A stretch of DNA of 63,250 nt, the filler included, from Octopus bimaculoides (taxonomy: Eukaryota): NCBI RefSeq assembly GCF_001194135.2. It is 4 parts of 4 records of this genome, joined end to end, with 100 filler letters (N's around TTAATTAATTAA, not from the genome) between each part and the next. Parts side by side here need not be neighbours in the genome. Positions count along the whole stretch, not along the records: positions 16,567 to 31,893 come from NC_068993.1; positions 31,994 to 47,676 come from NC_069005.1; 2 more parts are not named here. The stretch is one strand, 5' to 3'. The notes beneath the pieces were generated by a model, which searched no databases, was not told the origin of the DNA, and saw only the letters and a list, made by a program, of their open reading frames with translations. How positions within the stretch are numbered: position 1 is the stretch's first letter; every line of letters begins with the position of its first letter. Positions 25,581-40,300 of the stretch are shown piece by piece. A program made the translations under genes and the position numbers.

Positions 25581-25918
25581 NNNNNNNNNNNNNNNNNNNN
25601 NNNNNNNNNNNNNNNNNNNNNNNNNNNNNNNNNNNNNNNNNNNNNNNNNNNNNNNNNNNNNNNNNNNNNNNNNNNNNNNNNNNNNNNNNNNNNNNNNNNN
25701 NNNNNNNNNNNNNNNNNNNNNNNNNNNNNNNNNNNNNNNNNNNNNNNNNNNNNNNNNNNNNNNNNNNNNNNNNNNNNNNNNNNNNNNNNNNNNNNNNNNN
25801 NNNNNNNNNNNNNNNNNNNNNNNNNNNNNNNNNNNNNNNNNNNNNNNNNNNNNNNNNNNNNNNNNNNNNNNNNNNNNNNNNNNNNNNNNNNNNNNNNNNN
25901 NGTGTAGATATGAATACA

Positions 25919-25985
<67 letters not shown>

Positions 25986-26095
25986 TCATGAAATGTGTAT
26001 AAAGAATATATACATACACGCGCACTTGCAAGTGTGTGTGTATGTATATTTTCAAGTATACATATATGTATGTGTACATACATTCATACATACAT

Positions 26096-26145
<50 letters not shown>

Positions 26146-26514
26146 GCATACGTATGTTTATGCTGTAAGTATACATGTATATATGTGCGCATATCTGTAC
26201 CTGCATCAATCTATGGATGAATGTATGTTTGAATGTGCGTTTGTGTCAGCACTTGCATGCCGTATCTCTGTGTGTGCGTGCGTGCGCGCAGGCGTGTTGT
26301 GTATATGCATGTGTACATATTCGAAGACACATTTACATTGATTGATAGAAATCGAACTTTTATTCACTACAGTGCAGATTCCCGCGTGTCTCTCCAGCCC
26401 GCAGGTTTTTAAATCATGTTTTCCTCTTATTTTATGTACCTTTTTTTTTATTATTTTCGATTACAATAAGAAACACTACAATAACAACAATCACATCAAC
26501 AACAATAACAAGAA

Positions 26515-27175
<661 letters not shown>

Positions 27176-27309
27176 ATTTGTTTTCGAATGTCCTGAGATT
27201 GATTTATGAGTTGAAAATTATATTTTAGCCGCAGCTCTTTTGTCAGAATAATTTAGAGTCACTTATCACCTCCTTTCTTGCTTTCCTTTCTTTTCTTAGT
27301 TTTTCCAGG

Positions 27310-27347
<38 letters not shown>

Positions 27348-27639
27348 TTTTTTTTACATAACTTCTTTTTTTTTTTTACTTCTTAAAAAAAATTTTTGTT
27401 ACTTTCTTTTTGTTTTGTTTATCCTGTCATTATTGTCGTCACGAAAGACATATGTTAAACTAAACACTAATTTCAATTTAAATGTAGGCAAACAGCTACA
27501 ACAGCAATAACAACAACATTCAACAACACTTACAACAACAACAATATTCACAACAACGACAAGAATACGAACACCTAGAACTTTAACGATAGCAACAATC
27601 AAATCTCGCCAATGCCCTTTAGCACTATCATCATTAATG

Positions 27640-28165
27640 CATACCACCACCATTACCACCACCATACCACCACCATACCACCACCATTACCACCACCATA
27701 CCACCACCATTACCACCACCATACCACCACCATACCACCACCACTACCACCACGACTTCCAGTGACACCACCCCCAGCTCCACTATCATTGTTACCGATA
27801 CTAAATTATACTGNNNNNNNNNNNNNNNNNNNNNNNNNNNNNNNNNNNNNNNNNNNNNNNNNNNNNNNNNNNNNNNNNNNNNNNNNNNNNNNNNNNNNNN
27901 NNNNNNNNNNNNNNNNNNNNNNNNNNNNNNNNNNNNNNNNNNNNNNNNNNNNNNNNNNNNNNNNNNNNNNNNNNNNNNNNNNCCACCACCACCATCACCA
28001 GCATCAGTATCACCACCACCACTGGCACCACCACCAGCATCATCAGCACCACTGGCACCAGCACCACTGGCACCAGCACCACTGGCACCAGCACCAGCAT
28101 CACCACCAGCAACACCATGACCATCATCATCATCATCATCATCATCATCGTCGTCGTCGTCGTCG
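27640..28165. repeat. CCACCA(T/TA)-type minisatellite, gap, then (CACCACTGGCACCAG)-type repeats
   Basis: Seen directly, interrupted by an N gap at 27814-27982. Confidence 0.85.
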
Positions 28166-28699
28166 TCATTATCTCTACTAGAAACCATCGCCACATCTAT
28201 CCCCGCTATTATACTATACTAGCGCCATCTTTAGTTAACGAAAGTATCGCTATGAGGTCAATCAGTCGGCTAAAATATGCGGCCCTAAATACCCCTGAAA
28301 TCCCAACGTATCGTCTCTTTTTTCTTTGGGGCTTAGTAAGGGAAGGCATCACCCATGCCATTTGACCCCCGACACTAACGAGAGGGAGACGGAAAGGGAG
28401 AGAAAGGTATCCTTAAACCAGAAACCTATTCCGAATGTTTGCAACCGAATGGATTCCGCTAAACGTAGCCAAGGTTCCTGGAGGCATTTAACCCGGAGTA
28501 CAAAAAGATGGGATTGGAATTGGTTACATCCTTGATCATAGGTCTTCTCGCTTAGGAGCTGACCTGGGGAATAGCTACAACGACAACAACAATAGCTTTA
28601 ACTAGATGAATAATATTTATTGCAAGAAGTAATATGTATCCGCAGTTAAACATGGATGTTCTGTTAGACTAACAAACTGTACAGCAATGCAGTTCTATG

Positions 28700-28870
28700 T
28701 TTAAGAGATGAGGAATTATGTACATTATTTACATTATTTACAATTGACGGATATTTGTCCTTATCCTGTTTGTTGTTAACACAACGTTTCGGCTGATATA
28801 CTCTCCATCCTTCATCAGGTGTCTTGGGGGAAATTTCGAACCTGGGTTCTCATTCCTAAGGTATTTTTCG
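28700..28870 (-). mobile_element. Short Penelope-derived repeat family 1 with hammerhead, abutting (AAT)n
   Basis: Homologous to 7053-7227 and followed on the plus strand by (TTA)n. Confidence 0.75.
28778..28823 (-). ncRNA. Minimal type-I hammerhead ribozyme motif with intact core
   Basis: GACAC-CTGATGA-aGGATG gagagtatat CAGCC-GAAA-CG-TT-GTGTT. There is one mismatch in stem II. Confidence 0.75.
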
Positions 28871-28891
28871 ATGTTATTATTATTATTATTA

Positions 28892-28946
<55 letters not shown>

Positions 28947-29607
28947 NNNNNNNNNNNNNNNNNNNNNNNNNNNNNNNNNNNNNNNNNNNNNNNNNNNNNN
29001 NNNNNNNNNNNNNNNNNNNNNNNNNNNNNNNNNNNNNNNNNNNNNNNNNNNNNNNNNNNNNNNNNNNNNNNNNNNNNNNNNNNNNNNNNNNNNNNNNNNN
29101 NNNNNNNNNNNNNNNNNNNNNNNNNNNNNNNNNNNNNNNNNNNNNNNNNNNNNNNNNNNNNNNNNNNNNNNNNNNNNNNNNNNNNNNNNNNNNNNNNNNN
29201 NNNNNNNNNNNNNNNNNNNNNNNNNNNNNNNNNNNNNNNNNNNNNNNNNNNNNNNNNNNNNNNNNNNNNNNNNNNNNNNNNNNNNNNNNNNNNNNNNNNN
29301 NNNNNNNNNNNNNNNNNNNNNNNNNNNNNNNNNNNNNNNNNNNNNNNNNNNNNNNNNNNNNNNNNNNNNNNNNNNNNNNNNNNNNNNNNNNNNNNNNNNN
29401 NNNNNNNNNNNNNNNNNNNNNNNNNNNNNNNNNNNNNNNNNNNNNNNNNNNNNNNNNNNNNNNNNNNNNNNNNNNNNNNNNNNNNNNNNNNNNNNNNNNN
29501 NNNNNNNNNNNNNNNNNNNNNNNNNNNNNNNNNNNNNNNNNNNNNNNNNNNNNNNNNNNNNNNNNNNNNNNNNNNNNNNNNNNNNNNNNNNNNNNNNNNN
29601 NNNNNNN

Positions 29608-29945
29608 AATTAACGGAACAGCCTGCTCGTGAAATTAACGTGCAAGTGGCTGAGCACTCCACAGACACGTGTACCCTTAACGTAGTTCTCGGGGATATTC
29701 AGCGTGACACAGTGTGACAAGGCTGACCCTTTGAATTACAGGCACAACAGAAACAGGAAGAAAGGGTGAGAGAAAGTTGTGGTGGAAGAGTACAGCAGGG
29801 TTCGCCACCATCCCCTGCCGGAGCCTCGTGGAGCTTTAGGTGTTTTCGCTCAATAAACACTCACAACGCCCGGTCTGGGAATCGAAACCGCGATCCTATG
29901 ACCACGAGTCCGCTGCCCTAACCACTGGGCCATTGCGTCTCAACT
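29608..29945 (-). mobile_element. tRNA-head SINE family B (GGAGGCGCAATGGCCCAGTGGTTAGGGCAGCGG...)
   Basis: Reverse complement of 57004-57388, with recognisable A- and B-boxes. Confidence 0.9.
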
Positions 29946-30559
29946 AATAAACTATAAGGAGAAGCTAAATCTCCCTTAAACTTGACCCTGACAGTTTGAA
30001 CACAAAGGAAGAAAAAAAAAGGAAAGAGCAAGTTATATGTAGTTGTAGAAATACAAAAAGATGAGATGGTCATAGTACTGCCCAGGCAACAATAAGAGCG
30101 TCACATTGTATGGCTATCAACAAACCTTGGTTTTTCAAGATTATATCAGATCTTATATACAGGCTCAGTTCAAGGTGCAGCTATGTATTTTACTTTGATT
30201 TCGATTAGGTTAGAGTAGAAATCTTTTCCTTATTATTATGATGTTGTTGATGTTACTGTTGTTGTTTAGTCTCAGGTCATACTGATCAAACAGATCTAAG
30301 ATAAAAAGTATTTCAGTCGTGTTTTATATAGCTATGATTTTATTGTCCAACGTAACCTTTTCTGTTTTAATAATGACTTGGTGTATCTCAAGCAAAATAT
30401 TGTACAGTGGTGATACTGGGAAGTCGTTAAACGTAGATTAGAGCAAGACGAGGAAATAATATAGCAAGGTGATGAGACATTAATATGATATCAAAATAAT
30501 AACATAATAGACGATAGGTGTCGTGCTGGTTTAAGTTTTAATGTTTAATTTTGTAGACA

Positions 30560-31010
30560 GATGTGGTCGCAGAGATAGGTAGCTATTTGGGTAGACACAT
30601 AGTGAAATAGATAGATAAATATAGAGATAGGCAGATGGATAAAGGAATAGACAGATTGACGGATTGTCAAAAGAATAGTTGGATAGGTATGCAGAAACAT
30701 AGATATGTAGTTGCATGCGTAGATTGATAAACAGATTGACAGACAAATAGGTAGATAGATAGATAGATATGTAGATAGTTAGATGGAGTAAATGATAGAT
30801 AGATATGTTGTATGGATAGACAGAAAGAAGGAAGACGATTTAGGTTATAATCATATGGACAAACGAGGTAACAAACATAAGCAAATATCGAACATATTGA
30901 TGGATAAAGAGACAGACAGATGGATGAATGGGTATGGAGAAAGAACAATATAGACTTAGACACATAGATAGATTGGCTGCTAGACAAATAACTAGATAGG
31001 TAAGATAGAC
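30560..31010. repeat. Degenerate (GATA)/(GACA) satellite-like tract
   Basis: Recurrent GATA, GACA and GATG tetramers. Confidence 0.8.
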
Positions 31011-31454
31011 AGGTAAATACTTAGAAGAATTGCGGATGGTGAGGTTGTTATTTCCAGCAGGTTTATCGACTACATACAGGCTCCTCCGTTGGCTGCATAT
31101 TATAATATTTAACGTTTAGCCTCGTGATCTTAGTCTAATTGGCTCCAATCATTTTATAGAAATCTGTTTGTAGTTTACTTAATTATCTATAAATTCGACA
31201 TTTAAATTTAATTAATTATCGGTTAAATGATGCTTGCGCTACTGATTCATGATTACATTTGAAACAAAGCCAGATGTGTTAATATACAGTGTGTACTCAT
31301 ATGAGAGAGAAGGAGGGAGGGACAGGGAGAGGAAGAGAGAGAGGGAGAGAGAGAGGATAATAAAGTGAGGCGGTTGCGGGATTCGAACACTCGTCTCCTC
31401 CTTAGAGATTCAGTGTTATAAGCACTATACAGACACAGACATACGATTCTATTA

Positions 31455-31491
<37 letters not shown>

Positions 31492-31603
31492 TGTGTGTGT
31501 TTGTGTGTGTCTGTGTGTATGCGTGTGTGTATATATATATACATATAAATATATGTATATGTATATACATGTGTAACTATATATATATATATATATATAT
31601 GTA

Positions 31604-31642
<39 letters not shown>

Positions 31643-31812
31643 CTTATCTATCTATCTATTTATCTATCTACCTAAATCCATGTATATGCATACACACACA
31701 CATATACATACGTATATATATACATATGTGTGTGTATGCGTGTGTGTATATACACATACACATAAACACACACACGAACGTGCATAGATTTCCAGTTATA
31801 AAGTATGGTATA

Positions 31813-31853
<41 letters not shown>

Positions 31854-31993
31854 GCCTTGAATCTATATCTATATATATATATATATATATATANNNNNNN
31901 NNNNNNNNNNNNNNNNNNNNNNNNNNNNNNNNNNNNNTTAATTAATTAANNNNNNNNNNNNNNNNNNNNNNNNNNNNNNNNNNNNNNNNNNNN

Positions 31994-32361
31994 TTTCAGT
32001 CATTTGACTGCGGCCATGCTGCAGCACCGCCTTTAGTCGAGCAAATCGACCCTAGTACTTATTCTATCGGTCTCTTTTCCCGAACCGTTAAGTTACGGGG
32101 ACGTAAACACACCAGCATCGGTTGTCAAGCGATGTTAGGAAGACAAACACAGACACACAAACATATACACACACATACATATATATATACATATATACGA
32201 TGGGCTTCTTTCAGTCTCCTTCTACCAAATCCACTCACAAGGCTTTGGTCGGCCCGAGGCTATAGTAGAAGACACTTGCCCAAGGTGCCACGCAGTGAGA
32301 CTGAACCCAGAACCATGTGGTTGGTGAGCAAGCTACTTACCACATAGCCACTCCTGCGCCT
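31994..32361 (-). mobile_element. tRNA-head SINE family A (GGCGCAGGAGTGGCTGTGTGGTAAG...)
   Basis: Reverse complement of 35459-35851, with an internal (CA/TA)n tract. Confidence 0.92.
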
Positions 32362-32975
32362 ACTTACACAAATGGGTCAAAGGTCACTACAGTTGTTTTA
32401 GATGCATTTTTTTTTTTTTTTTTTNNNNNNNNNNNNNNNNNNNNNNNNNNNNNNNNNNNNNNNNNNNNNNNNNNNNNGATGCATTTTTTTTTTTTTTATT
32501 GACTACATCGTGAAATATCCCATTTTCTGCGGCGGAATTTTGTTCGGCGAAAAAAAAAAAAAGATACCTAGATGTGGAATGTGGACTGTTTCCCTCATTT
32601 TGACATCAATGAAGAGAGTGAAAATACACTGAGGCTTTGCTAATTTCACGGGCTAAGATTTCATAGATGAATAGGTCATAAAACAATGTACGGACAATGT
32701 CACATTGAATCACTTCTTTAAATACAACTAGATAGATGGCCAGAGATAATAAGAAGACAGAGAGGAAGAAATATGGAGAAGAAGGAACAGAGATTAGGTT
32801 AAGAGTGATCAGCGTAGTATAATCAACAAGAAATGTCCTGGAGCCGAAAGAGAAATTCCTACTAACTCATAGACAATCAAATGGGTACATATATTATAAC
32901 AGATACTTACATAGACTCATACCAGACACACTTACTTGCATTTATGCACACACACACATACACACACACACACAC

Positions 32976-33027
<52 letters not shown>

Positions 33028-33877
33028 ATGCGTATGTGTATACATATATACATATAGGGATGAACTTGTACACATTCACAAACATGCAGCACTTATATAG
33101 ATATATACACAAGCAATGGATGTTTTAATGATATAATCAAAGTATCCACCAACAAACAGATGCTTTTGAAAGAGCTGTAGTGAACCTTTATGTTCTTATT
33201 TGTGTTCTTATTTCGTGTAAATATAATTCCTGGTACCTTCCATTTGTTGGATCTGGAACTTACATTGGATCGTGAAACTGCATGCCAGTATCCTTGGTAT
33301 ATATTTTCACGTACATATATATCTATACAAAACGTCTATATTTGTGTGTGCATGTACATATATGTGTAAGTCGATGGATATGCCTATAGAGGCATGGGTA
33401 TATACGGATATGGTTGTACATGGTACATACATGGATGTGCGAGTCTCGACCCTCGCTTAGTGTCCTGTATATTAAGATACCTTGATTCAAACAAATCCTA
33501 CCAATCATTAGAGAAACAAAGATGTGTAAGTTTCAATTCATTACGGCCGTTTTGAGCGACTCCTTTAATGAAAGAATTACATCATTACAAGGAAAACCGT
33601 TCTCATTAGATGACTGCATAGACCTCAGACATAAAGGACAAGTTAGATATTTAAACATATTCATATCATCAATAGAGAGCAAATATTTACAATGATTCTG
33701 CTGCTAACTTTTAGTCATGACCGCACACCACCCTTTTTTCATTATATTCCCAATCTTAAAAAAGGTCACCATCCTTGAACCCATATCTCATGCCAGTAGC
33801 TATACAATGGTAAAAATCTAAATAAATAAATGGTAAAAAGCATTCCAAAGTAAAAAGAAATACCTCCCCCTCTCTAC

Positions 33878-33944
<67 letters not shown>

Positions 33945-34335
33945 CCTATCTATCTATCTGTCTGTCTGTCTGTCTGTCTGTCTGTCACTACTACCAACCA
34001 AAACAAGTCACTTTCAGGGCACTTGACCATTTAACATCCTATTACTATTATGGCACTCCTGCATCCTTCTCCTCCTCCTTCTTCTTTTTCCCTGCCAAGA
34101 ATTCACAACCCGGGCAGAAACAAGGAAAATACCCACTGTATTGGAATACTATGCAAATATTCTTTTAAAAAACTTTTCTTTTAATTTTTCCCAAATTTAA
34201 TTGTTTTCAATACTTAGAGTTGAAAAAGTCTCAATGACTGAAACCAGTACTGAAATCTTTTTTATAAAATTATTTTAGCATTTTCTACCTTGACTTTTTT
34301 CCATATATATCAACTCGTGTGTTCCTTTTCAACCG

Positions 34336-34369
<34 letters not shown>

Positions 34370-34440
34370 NNNNNNNNNNNNNNNNNNNNNNNNNNNNNNN
34401 NNNNNNNNNNNNNNNNNNNNNNNNNNNNNNNNNNNNNNNN

Positions 34441-34483
<43 letters not shown>

Positions 34484-35458
34484 GTATGTATAATCAAAAT
34501 AAGCAACAGAATATCAAGAAGTGATACAGTGCGACCGTTTCAAGCGGCTCCATTTAATTGAACAATGCAATCATTACATCAATTTAAATGCAGTGCTATC
34601 ATCAGCTGCACAAATATATAGAATTTTAATGAGTCGGACACATTAATATAATTTTACTCAAATACTTTAATAGAGCAGAAAGATGGAAGAAATCCATGTT
34701 GTCGCTATTGTAGTTAAGAATATATTACACTTCCAAGAAAGGCATGAAACTTACTGGGATTAAAGCCTGTAAAGGATTGTGGTTCATTTCTAATTTATTT
34801 GCCTTTTTATCAACTACTACATCTAAAACTTTGTCTGTTTGGAATGAAGAGTGAGTTGACAGCTCATGGCTAGCTATGGTCATAAATATTGTCAAAATAT
34901 TAGGAGTAGTAAATTGGGTATAGAGTAACTGTCTATAAAGGAGGCTCGGAAGGGATGACTCTAAATCATGACCTTAATTACCAGTTAAAGGGGCAAGGCA
35001 CTAATAAAACCTATGATGGTGATACAGAGCAAATTTTATCATGGGGTATTAAGGGTGATTATGTATAAACAATATTGTTATGTTGTATAAAGATAAAATT
35101 TAAGATTATCAAAAATTATATCTTAACCAAATAGNNNNNNNNNNNNNNNNNNNNNNNNNNNNNNNNNNNNNNNNNNNNNNNNNNNNNNNNNNNNNNNNNN
35201 NNNNNNNNNNNNNNNNNNNNNNNNNNNNNNNNNNNNNNNNNNNNNNNNNNNNNNNNNNNNNNNNNNNNNNNNNNNNNNNNNNNNNNNNNNNNNNNNNNNN
35301 NNNNNNNNNNNNNNNNNNNNNNNNNNNNNNNNNNNNNNNNNNNNNNNNNNNNNNNNNNNNNNNNNNNNNNNNNNNNNNNNNNNNNNNNNNNNNNNNNNNN
35401 NNNNNNNNNNNNTATATATTTACATATATGTAAATATATATATAAATTTTCTACATTT

Positions 35459-35851
35459 AGGCGCAGGAGTGGCTGTGTGGTAAGTAGCTTGCTTACCAAC
35501 CACATGGTTCTGGGTTCAGTCCCACTGCGTGGCACCTTGGGCAAGTGTCTTCTACTATACCCTCGGGTAGACCAAAGCCTTGTGAGTGGATTTGGTAGAC
35601 GGAAACTGAAAGAAGCCCGTCGTATATATGTATATTTATATATGTATGTGTGTGTATATGTTTGTGTGTCTGTGTTGCCCCCCTCCCCCACATCGCTTGA
35701 CAACCGATGCTGGTGTGTTTATGTCCCTGTAACTAGCGGTTCGGCAAAAAGAGTGTGATAGAATAAGTCTTGGGGTTGATTTGCTCGACTAAAGCGGTAC
35801 CCCAGCATGGCCGCAGTCAAATGACTGAAACAACTAAAAGAGTAATAGAGT
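35459..35851 (+). mobile_element. SINE family A, full length
   Basis: tRNA-like head GGCTGTGTGGTAAG...GGTTCAGTCCC, a body with an internal microsatellite, and a 3' end GTCAAATGACTGAAAC...AAGAGT. Confidence 0.92.
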
Positions 35852-36434
35852 ATTAAAAAGGAAAGATTACATAGAATCAGTTTAATATTCATTCATGTAC
35901 TTAATTATTTACTTATTAGGTGGCTTCTGTAAAGACTGTTCTGGGCATTTACTTATGGAATACTGGAAAGATAAACATGCTATCTATGTATTAATTATAA
36001 GCCAAGAATCAGAAAACATAAAGATGTTTACAGATACATACCATATATTTATCTATGTGCAAACATGCACCACAAATATTTATACGTTTAGATGGATATA
36101 GTATAACCATCTCGCATAGACTTAAGTAACTATTTACGAACAAGAAAGATAAGAATTTATAAGGGATAAGAGGTTAATAGTTTATGCACATATATGCATA
36201 TATACACATATACAAATATTTATCCGTTTGTATGGATATAGTATAACCATCTCGCATGAAACATCTCTATTTAAGAACAATAACAACTTTAAGAGATAAG
36301 AGGTTAATAGGTAAGGATATCAAAGTAAGTAAGAAAACAAAATAATAAGAATTTATAGAAAACGATAAGAAATATAGATAACTTACATTTAAAGAGATAG
36401 AGTATTAAAATTTGAGGTAGGGAAGAGATAAAGG

Positions 36435-37225
36435 ACATGAGAATGAATGAAACTGAAAATAGGTGGATAAAGAAAAGAATGCATGGACAGGCTCTCATTT
36501 GTACTGCTCAAGAGAAAGCATTGAGAATCAGTCACATCAAATACAGAGTAGACAACACATCAGAAAGTGATAATTGCAGGATTTGTGAACTAAATGGTGA
36601 AACCGTATGGCATATTACCAGTCAATGTACGCCACTAGCCCAGAAAGAATATAAGAAACGTCATGACAATATAGCAAAGATTGTCCATTGGACAATTTGC
36701 AACAAGTATGGACTTGACAGAGCAAAAAAGTGGTACGGATATAAACCCGAAAGCATCATCGAAAATGATAATGCAAAGATCCTATGGGATTTTATAATTC
36801 AGTGCGACCATGAGATAGAGAATAGGAAACCAGACATAGTGTTAATTGAGAAAGAAAGCAAATGATGCTGGATCATAGATATAACATGTCCAACTGACAA
36901 CAAGATATGCGATAAGGAAGAAAGAAAAGTCGATAGATATGACAGGTTAGCTTGGGAGGTTAAGCAGTTGTGGTCGATGTAAAAGGTGATAGTATTACCA
37001 ATAATTGTCGGAGCCCTGGGAGCAGTGAGTAAAAATCTTTAGAAGTACTTGGAACAAATAGGCGCTGAAATAAGAGTGGGGCACTTGCAGAAAACAGCAC
37101 TGGTTGGAACCACTCGAATACTCCGAATGGTGCTCGAAAAATAAGAGGCGTTGCTTTAGTTCACTGGTAGTGAGTAGCTGGCACCGTAGTACATCATCAG
37201 CGTTAGAAGCTGTGCAAAGACAATA
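36435..37225 (+). mobile_element. 5'-truncated Dong/R4-like LINE (knuckle + REL) ending in (TAA)n
   Basis: RMHGQ...CRICELNGETVWHITSQC...RHDNIAKIVHW...KILWDF...RKPDIVLIEK*CWIIDI...LPIIVGALG...LQKTALVGTTRILR, followed by a TAA array. Confidence 0.92.
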
Positions 37226-37269
<44 letters not shown>

Positions 37270-37314
37270 NNNNNNNNNNCAAAACAAAAGTCAAACATAA
37301 AATAATAATAATAA

Positions 37315-40300
37315 TAGAGTAACTTAATTGGAGTAGAAAAATCTCGGATTAGTGAGAGTTTAAGAGACCCTGCGGATGGGCTACAAAGGATGGTCGGAGT
37401 TGAATACAGACAGGTAGGAGTTCAAAACAGAGAGAAAAGTAGACGAGTGGAACAGGGAAATGGTGATGGGGCTGTTAAGGATGAGGAACAGGAACGCTAT
37501 ACATTGAATTGTGATACTGTGGTGGGTGGACATGCAGGGGAAATGAACCAACTAGATAATGAATTGCTTGAAATTCAAAGATGACTCACCGAGTTGATGA
37601 ATGTTCTGGAAGAAAAAAATCCCCATGAGTAAGAGAAGGGTAGATAGAAGTATGATAAATAAAGTAACACAAAAGATAAATACTGTTAAACCATACATTC
37701 AGACGGAGGACATAACACAAACAAAGCATCTTATTCGGGCTATTGCGCTACTTGTTGAAGAGAAATTGCAACTTAAGAGACCAAAAATGGTGGAGGAAAA
37801 ACACCATGGTGGAAACGACGCATTGAAAGGGACATAATGCGGGCAAGGCAAGATCTAGGAAAAATTGAGCAATGGTTAAGAGGAAACTGGAAAAATGGGA
37901 AAAAGACCGACCGAGAAAAATTAGGGAAGAAATATAAAATACGGAAGAACGGGCTTGATGCAGTAATAGAGCAGTTAAAACAGAGGATCATGGCGAAAAG
38001 CCAGAAGATCAGAAGATTTGTGAACACGAATAAGGAGTTCGAGGAGAACAGATTGTTCAAAAAATAACCCGAAGCAATTCTTCCGAACGTTAGAAGACAA
38101 TGAAGAGAATGTTGCTCCTGATGCAAATCAAGCAAAGGGGTTCTGGAGCAGATTATGGGGAAACAATGTGGTACATAAAAGGGATGCAATGTAGATAGGA
38201 ACTATCAAGACAGAATTACAAGGAGGAAAGAAATAAAGGAATATTGTCATATACATGGGTGATGTGAAAGAACAAGTGGGTAAAGTACCTGACTGGAAAG
38301 CCCGCTGACCAGATGGGATTCATGGGATTCATACTCGGTGCATAAAAGACTAGCAGCCCAATTGAATGAGTGTATCTAGAAAGGTACAGTCCCCACGTGG
38401 ATGGTGACTGGGAGGACAACACTTGTAATGAAAGATATAAGAAAAGGGAATATTGTGGGAAGCTACTGCCCCATAGCATGCCTAAACATAATCTGGAAGA
38501 TACTTATAGGAATATGCGCGGCAAAGACATGTTTTCCTGGCACAGGAAGAAATACTACCAAAGGAACAAAAAGAAAGTAGGAAGTGTTCTCATGTTACCA
38601 AGATTCACCTGGTCACCGACAAAACAGCTTTGAGGAATTGTAAAAAACATCATATAAACATGTCTATGGCTTGGATTGACTTTAAGAAGGCGAATGATAT
38701 GATGCCACATTTTGGATCGTTGAATACCTGCAGATATTTGGTGTTGCTGACAATAATATCACAATTTTTCTGATGCATAGCACAAGAGTGGAAAATCAAA
38801 TTGTACTCAAGTAATGTATTCCTTGGAGAAGTTAATATTAAAAGGGGAATCTTCCAAGGTAACCCGTTTTCTCCGTTACTATTTGTAATTGCACTAATAC
38901 TCATAACAATGACACTTAGAAAAATTAAGATGGGTTACCGATGTAGGAAGAAAGGCCCATCATTGAATCATCTTTTGTCTATGGATGACATGAAATTGTT
39001 TGGGAAATCTGAAAAACAAATAGATTCCTTAACGAGAACAATCCAGAAGTCTGGTAGGGACATCGGTATGGAATTTGGAATTACCAAATGCTCAGTACTT
39101 AACATGATAGAGGGAAGAATGCATCCTCCAGAGGATTGAGGTTACCATCAGCAGAGACCGTGGGTGAACCCGACAGTGGTGGGTATAAATATTTAGGGAT
39201 TTTTGAGCTGGATGACATTCTACGCAGAGAAATGAAAATCAAGGTCAGCAAGGTGTATCAAGAAAGGGTGAAGATAGTGTTGAAATTCTACCTGAATGCC
39301 AAAAATTTGATTACCGCAATGAATATCTGGGCAATTGCGGTGGTCAGATATAGTGCGTCCATCTTGAAATGCACTAAGGAGGAAATATCAACACTGGATA
39401 GAAGGACGAGAATGTTGATGACGCTGCATGGGGCGCGACACCCTAAAGCAAACGTAAACAGGCGGTATATGGAAAGAAGGAATGGTGGTAGAGGAGAAAT
39501 TAGTATAGACCATTGTATAAGGGGTGAAAGGAGAACGCTTGCCGAATATTTGGCAAATAGTAATGAAGACCTGCTGCAATATACTGCGAAAGATATGGGT
39601 ATAAATGCAGTTGAAATGATGGGCAAGGAAGAATTTAACCAAAGAGCTGAGGAAAAGAGAAAAGTAGACCTCCTTGAAATGAGAATGCATGGGCAGTTTG
39701 AAAGGAATACACAGGACGTTAAGGATAATACAGAATCGTGGGCATGGCTTGAGCGAGGTGATTTGAAGCGTACCACTGAAAGCCTGATCATTGCTGCGCA
39801 AGACCAGGCTCTCGCTACCAATTCAGTGAAGTATAACTTCTATAAAACTTCTGACTCCCAGAAATGAAGACTCTGTGGATATGAGAGCCTTTCACATTAA
39901 GAATACAAGCGCCGCCACGATAAAGTGTATGTGTACCTTCATTGACTCTTATGCCGTAAATACTAATATCAAGTAACAGAACTGGTATGAGCATGTACCA
40001 AGTACAGTTATGTAGGAGGTTAGACAAGTGATGATACTCTGGGACTATGATTTTCAGACGGATTGTGTAATCGAACACCGTCGGCCGGATATTGTCACAT
40101 TGAATAAGAGAGACAAATACTATCAGATCATTGATGTAGCCATACCAAATGACATGAATGTTGTGAATAAAGAGGTTGAAAAAATCACCAAGTACTCCGA
40201 ATTGAAAGTGGAAATGTCAAGAATGTATGGAATGCGAGAGGGTAATGTAAAAGTGATACCAGTGGTGATCGGAGCATTGGGTTCAATCCTGTTGAACCTT

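Noticed and set aside
27640-28110. Regularly spaced short repeats as a possible CRISPR-like array or silk/His-rich coding repeat
   Set aside because: There are no unique spacers, no splice or start context, and it grades into simple trinucleotide repeats.
32398-32500. GATGCA-poly(T) repeated on both sides of a gap
   Set aside because: This is most likely the same homopolymer sequenced from both contig ends, an assembly overlap.
35459-35540. tRNA-like sequences at SINE heads as real tRNA genes
   Set aside because: No complete cloverleaf is present, and each continues into a multi-copy SINE body.
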